A stretch of 63,308 nt of DNA, the filler included. It is 4 parts of 4 records of this genome, joined end to end, with 100 filler letters (N's around TTAATTAATTAA, not from the genome) between each part and the next. Parts side by side here need not be neighbours in the genome. Positions count along the whole stretch, not along the records: positions 56,679 to 63,308 come from DRR723986_5330; 3 more parts are not named here. The stretch is one strand, 5' to 3'. Within the stretch, counting starts at the first letter, position 1; every line of letters starts with the position of its first letter. Of this stretch, positions 61,032-63,308 are shown piece after piece. The position numbers were made by a program, and so were the translations under genes. Below the pieces are notes generated by a model that was given only the letters and a program-made list of their open reading frames with translations, was not told the DNA's origin and searched no databases.

Positions 61032-62027
61032 TTGACCACCCCAGTCCCCTTGGCCGAGGTATGGCGCGGCCCGTTTTTGGAAAGCGTGCACAGCGGCCAT
61101 GCCGTGATTTGCGACGAAACCGGCCAGATCGTGCAGGCCTGGGGCGACCCGAACGCAGTGGTCTTGCCCCGCTCGTCGTCGAAAATGCTGCAGGCGCTTC
61201 CCTTGTTGGAAAGCGGGGCGGCGCGGGCCTATGGCCTGGGTGCCGAGCACCTGGCGCTGGCCTGCGCCTCGCATAATGGGGCGGCCATCCACACCAGCCG
61301 TGTGCAGGCATGGCTGCAGCATATCGGCTGCACCGACGATGATTTTCGCTGTGGCGCCCAAGACCCAACCGACCTGCCCGCCCGCGATGCGCTGATCCGC
61401 GCAGGCGAAAAGCCCTGCCAAATGCATAATAATTGCTCGGGCAAACATTCTGGCTTTCTGACCCTGAACAAACATCTGGGCGGCAACCCCGAATATGTGG
61501 CGCCCGATCACCCCGTGCAGCTGGCCTGCAAAGCCGCTTTCGAAGAGGTCACCGCCCAGGCCAGCCCCGGCTATGGGATCGATGGCTGTTCGGCGCCCAA
61601 TTTTGCCACAACCCTGCATGGCATGGCCCGCGCAATGGCGTTTTTTGCCGCCGCGCGGCCTGGCCAAGGGGCGCGCGCCGATGCCGCGGCACAGCTGCGC
61701 GATGCCATGGCCACCTACCCCGAGCTGGTGGCAGGCGAAGGGCGGGCCTGCACCGAATTGATGCGCGCCATGGGTGGGCGCGTGGCCCTGAAAACCGGGG
61801 CCGAGGCGTTTTTTATTGCCATTATCCCACAGCTGAAAATGGGCGTTGCGCTAAAAGTGGTCGATGGTGGCACCCGCGGTGCCGAATGCGCCATTGCAGC
61901 GATTTTGGTAAAGCTGGGCGTGCTAGAGGCCAACCACCCCGCCACGCTAAAGCGCATGAATGCGCCGATCCGCAATTGGAATGGCCTGGAAACCGGAATG
62001 ATCCGGCCTGCAGCAGCCTTGATCTAG
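61032..62027 (+). CDS. L-asparaginase II (Rhizobium etli type, class 3)
   Basis: ESVHSG, PRSSSKMLQA, CASHNG, HNNCSGKH, DGCSAP, KTGAEA, KVVDG. Confidence 0.88.
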   Translation: MTTPVPLAEVWRGPFLESVHSGHAVICDETGQIVQAWGDPNAVVLPRSSSKMLQALPLLESGAARAYGLGAEHLALACASHNGAAIHTSRVQAWLQHIGCTDDDFRCGAQDPTDLPARDALIRAGEKPCQMHNNCSGKHSGFLTLNKHLGGNPEYVAPDHPVQLACKAAFEEVTAQASPGYGIDGCSAPNFATTLHGMARAMAFFAAARPGQGARADAAAQLRDAMATYPELVAGEGRACTELMRAMGGRVALKTGAEAFFIAIIPQLKMGVALKVVDGGTRGAECAIAAILVKLGVLEANHPATLKRMNAPIRNWNGLETGMIRPAAALI

Positions 62028-62896
62028 GGCGCCACAAACTGGGCCTGGGTGTAGCCTTGCAAAAACAGCAGCGCCGTTAAATCGCCGTGGTTGATGCGCA
62101 CATCGCATTGCGCCGCCACGGCGGGTTTGGCGTGCAGGGCAACGCCTGTGCCCGCCAGGCCCAACATGCCCAGATCATTGGCGCCATCGCCCACGGCCAA
62201 TACATCTGCCGGCGCAAGCCCCAGGCGCGCGGTGATGGTTTCTAGCGCATCAACCTTTGCCTCGCGGCCCAAAATCGGCAACGCGACTTGCCCGCTGAGC
62301 GTGGCGCCATCGGTTAACAGCACATTGGCGCGGTGCTCATCAAAGCCCAAATGCGCGGCCACTTTTTCGGTAAAGGCGGTAAAGCCGCCCGATACCAGCG
62401 CGGCATATGCGCCGTTGGCCTTCATCGTGGCCAACAGCACAGCGCCGCCGGGCATATAGGTGATGCGCTGTTGCAGCACCTCGTCAATCACGCCCAGGGG
62501 CAGGCCGCGCAGCAACCCCACGCGTTCGGTGAGGGCTGCGTTAAAATCCAGCTCGCCATTCATGGCGCGTGCGGTAATGGCCTTTACATGATCGCCCACA
62601 CCGGCCTGATCGGCCAGTTCATCGATACATTCCTGTTCGATCATGGTGCTGTCCATATCGGCCAGCAGCATCATTTTGCGCCGCCCCGCGCTTGGCTGCA
62701 CCACCATATCAACGCCCAGCTGCTGCAAATCATCCCAAACCTGCCAGCGGTTTTCTGGCACCTTTGGCAGGCCAAATTCAGCCGCCTCGCCCGGCGCCAG
62801 CCACAGCGCATCGCCCCCACCCCAGGCGTTACGCAGCGCATCGATCAGGTGGGTTTCCAGCCCGCCGGGCCGCGCGATGAGGGTGCAGGTAAACAT
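62024..62896 (-). CDS. serB: Phosphoserine phosphatase
   Basis: HAD motifs ADMDSTMI, LVSGGF, AVGDGANDL; start reassigned to ATG 62896. Confidence 0.95.
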   Translation of the reverse strand: MFTCTLIARPGGLETHLIDALRNAWGGGDALWLAPGEAAEFGLPKVPENRWQVWDDLQQLGVDMVVQPSAGRRKMMLLADMDSTMIEQECIDELADQAGVGDHVKAITARAMNGELDFNAALTERVGLLRGLPLGVIDEVLQQRITYMPGGAVLLATMKANGAYAALVSGGFTAFTEKVAAHLGFDEHRANVLLTDGATLSGQVALPILGREAKVDALETITARLGLAPADVLAVGDGANDLGMLGLAGTGVALHAKPAVAAQCDVRINHGDLTALLFLQGYTQAQFVAP

Positions 62897-63126
62897 GTGC
62901 AGGTGCCTTTGGCCATCGTGGTTTGGCCCGTGCCATAGCGCAGCCCCTGCCGCAATGCCAGTGCCCAGCCCATCACGGCCCCCACCCAAGCCGGGCAAAG
63001 CGGGCGCCAAAACGGCAAAAGTTTCCGATCGTAGCTTTTTGGCGTCGCAAATTATCGGCAAAGCGGCGCAATTTCGCCATTTCTGCGCTTGCGAAAGCCG
63101 CGCCACCACCGTAAGTGCGAAGGCGG

Positions 63127-63163
63127 GACACCCCTCCCCAACGAGGGGCGCTTATCTGGAAGG
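63127..63163 (+). ncRNA. serC leader RNA element (alphaproteobacterial)
   Basis: Hairpin CCCCTC-CCCAAC-GAGGGG (63131-63148) then CGCTTATCTGGAAGG just before the serC start; a conserved leader is known at this position; boundaries approximate. Confidence 0.6.
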
Positions 63164-63172
63164 GTAGCTGAC

Positions 63173-63308
63173 ATGGCTATATCTGCACCGGCAACGCGGC
63201 CGGCAAACCCGCGTTTTTCCTCTGGCCCTTGTGCCAAAATCCCCACATTTTCGCTTGATCTGCTGGCCGATGCCCCCTTGGGCCGCAGCCACCGTGCCGC
63301 CATTGGCA
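63173..63308 (+). CDS. serC: Phosphoserine aminotransferase, N-terminal part
   Basis: Not in the ORF track. MAISAPATRPANPRFSSGPCAK...APLGRSHRAAIG; divergent from serB. Confidence 0.9.
   Translation, partial: MAISAPATRPANPRFSSGPCAKIPTFSLDLLADAPLGRSHRAAIG

Noticed and set aside
62024..62027. Asparaginase and serB stop codons overlapping on CTAG
   Set aside because: Real, but a common arrangement for convergent genes.

Overview
The window is not one locus. It is four contigs joined by artificial 100-nt spacers (N44-TTAATTAATTAA-N44 at 25121-25220, 34457-34556 and 56579-56678). (1) 1-25120, an alphaproteobacterium (Rhizobiales/Roseibium-like by gene content; inference): an amino-sugar uptake/catabolism cluster (CUT1 ABC transporter, Gfo/Idh/MocA oxidoreductase, cutC, ROK kinase, murQ-like, GntR regulator, SIS deaminase, nagA), an orphan JmjC gene beside tRNA-Asn, a cobalamin riboswitch with cobP-W-N-O-yrhK-cobQ and convergent cobC-cobD, a small gene behind a LexA-type box, a YbdK ligase, an orphan spike-tip-like gene and a truncated tRNA-Cys. 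(2) 25221-34456, Rhodobacteraceae-like housekeeping genes from moaB to ETF-QO. (3) 34557-56578, a gammaproteobacterium (Marinobacter-like; inference): an XrtA/PEP-CTERM-type exopolysaccharide locus with a GtrA/GtrB/GT-C cassette and a degenerate BY-kinase, followed by a methylcitrate operon prpB-C-acnD-prpF-prpD whose prpD has one TGG>TAG stop. (4) 56679-63308, Rhodobacteraceae-like: ftsK, aminotransferase, IalB-family, class 3 asparaginase, serB, serC leader and the start of serC. I saw no CRISPR array, transposase or integrase. Best leads for undescribed biology: cutC coupled inside the amino-sugar operon, the stand-alone coiled-coil/spike-tip protein, the putative SOS-regulated 80-aa protein, and the EPS tailoring and pseudokinase genes. 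All family calls come from motif recognition, not database searches.
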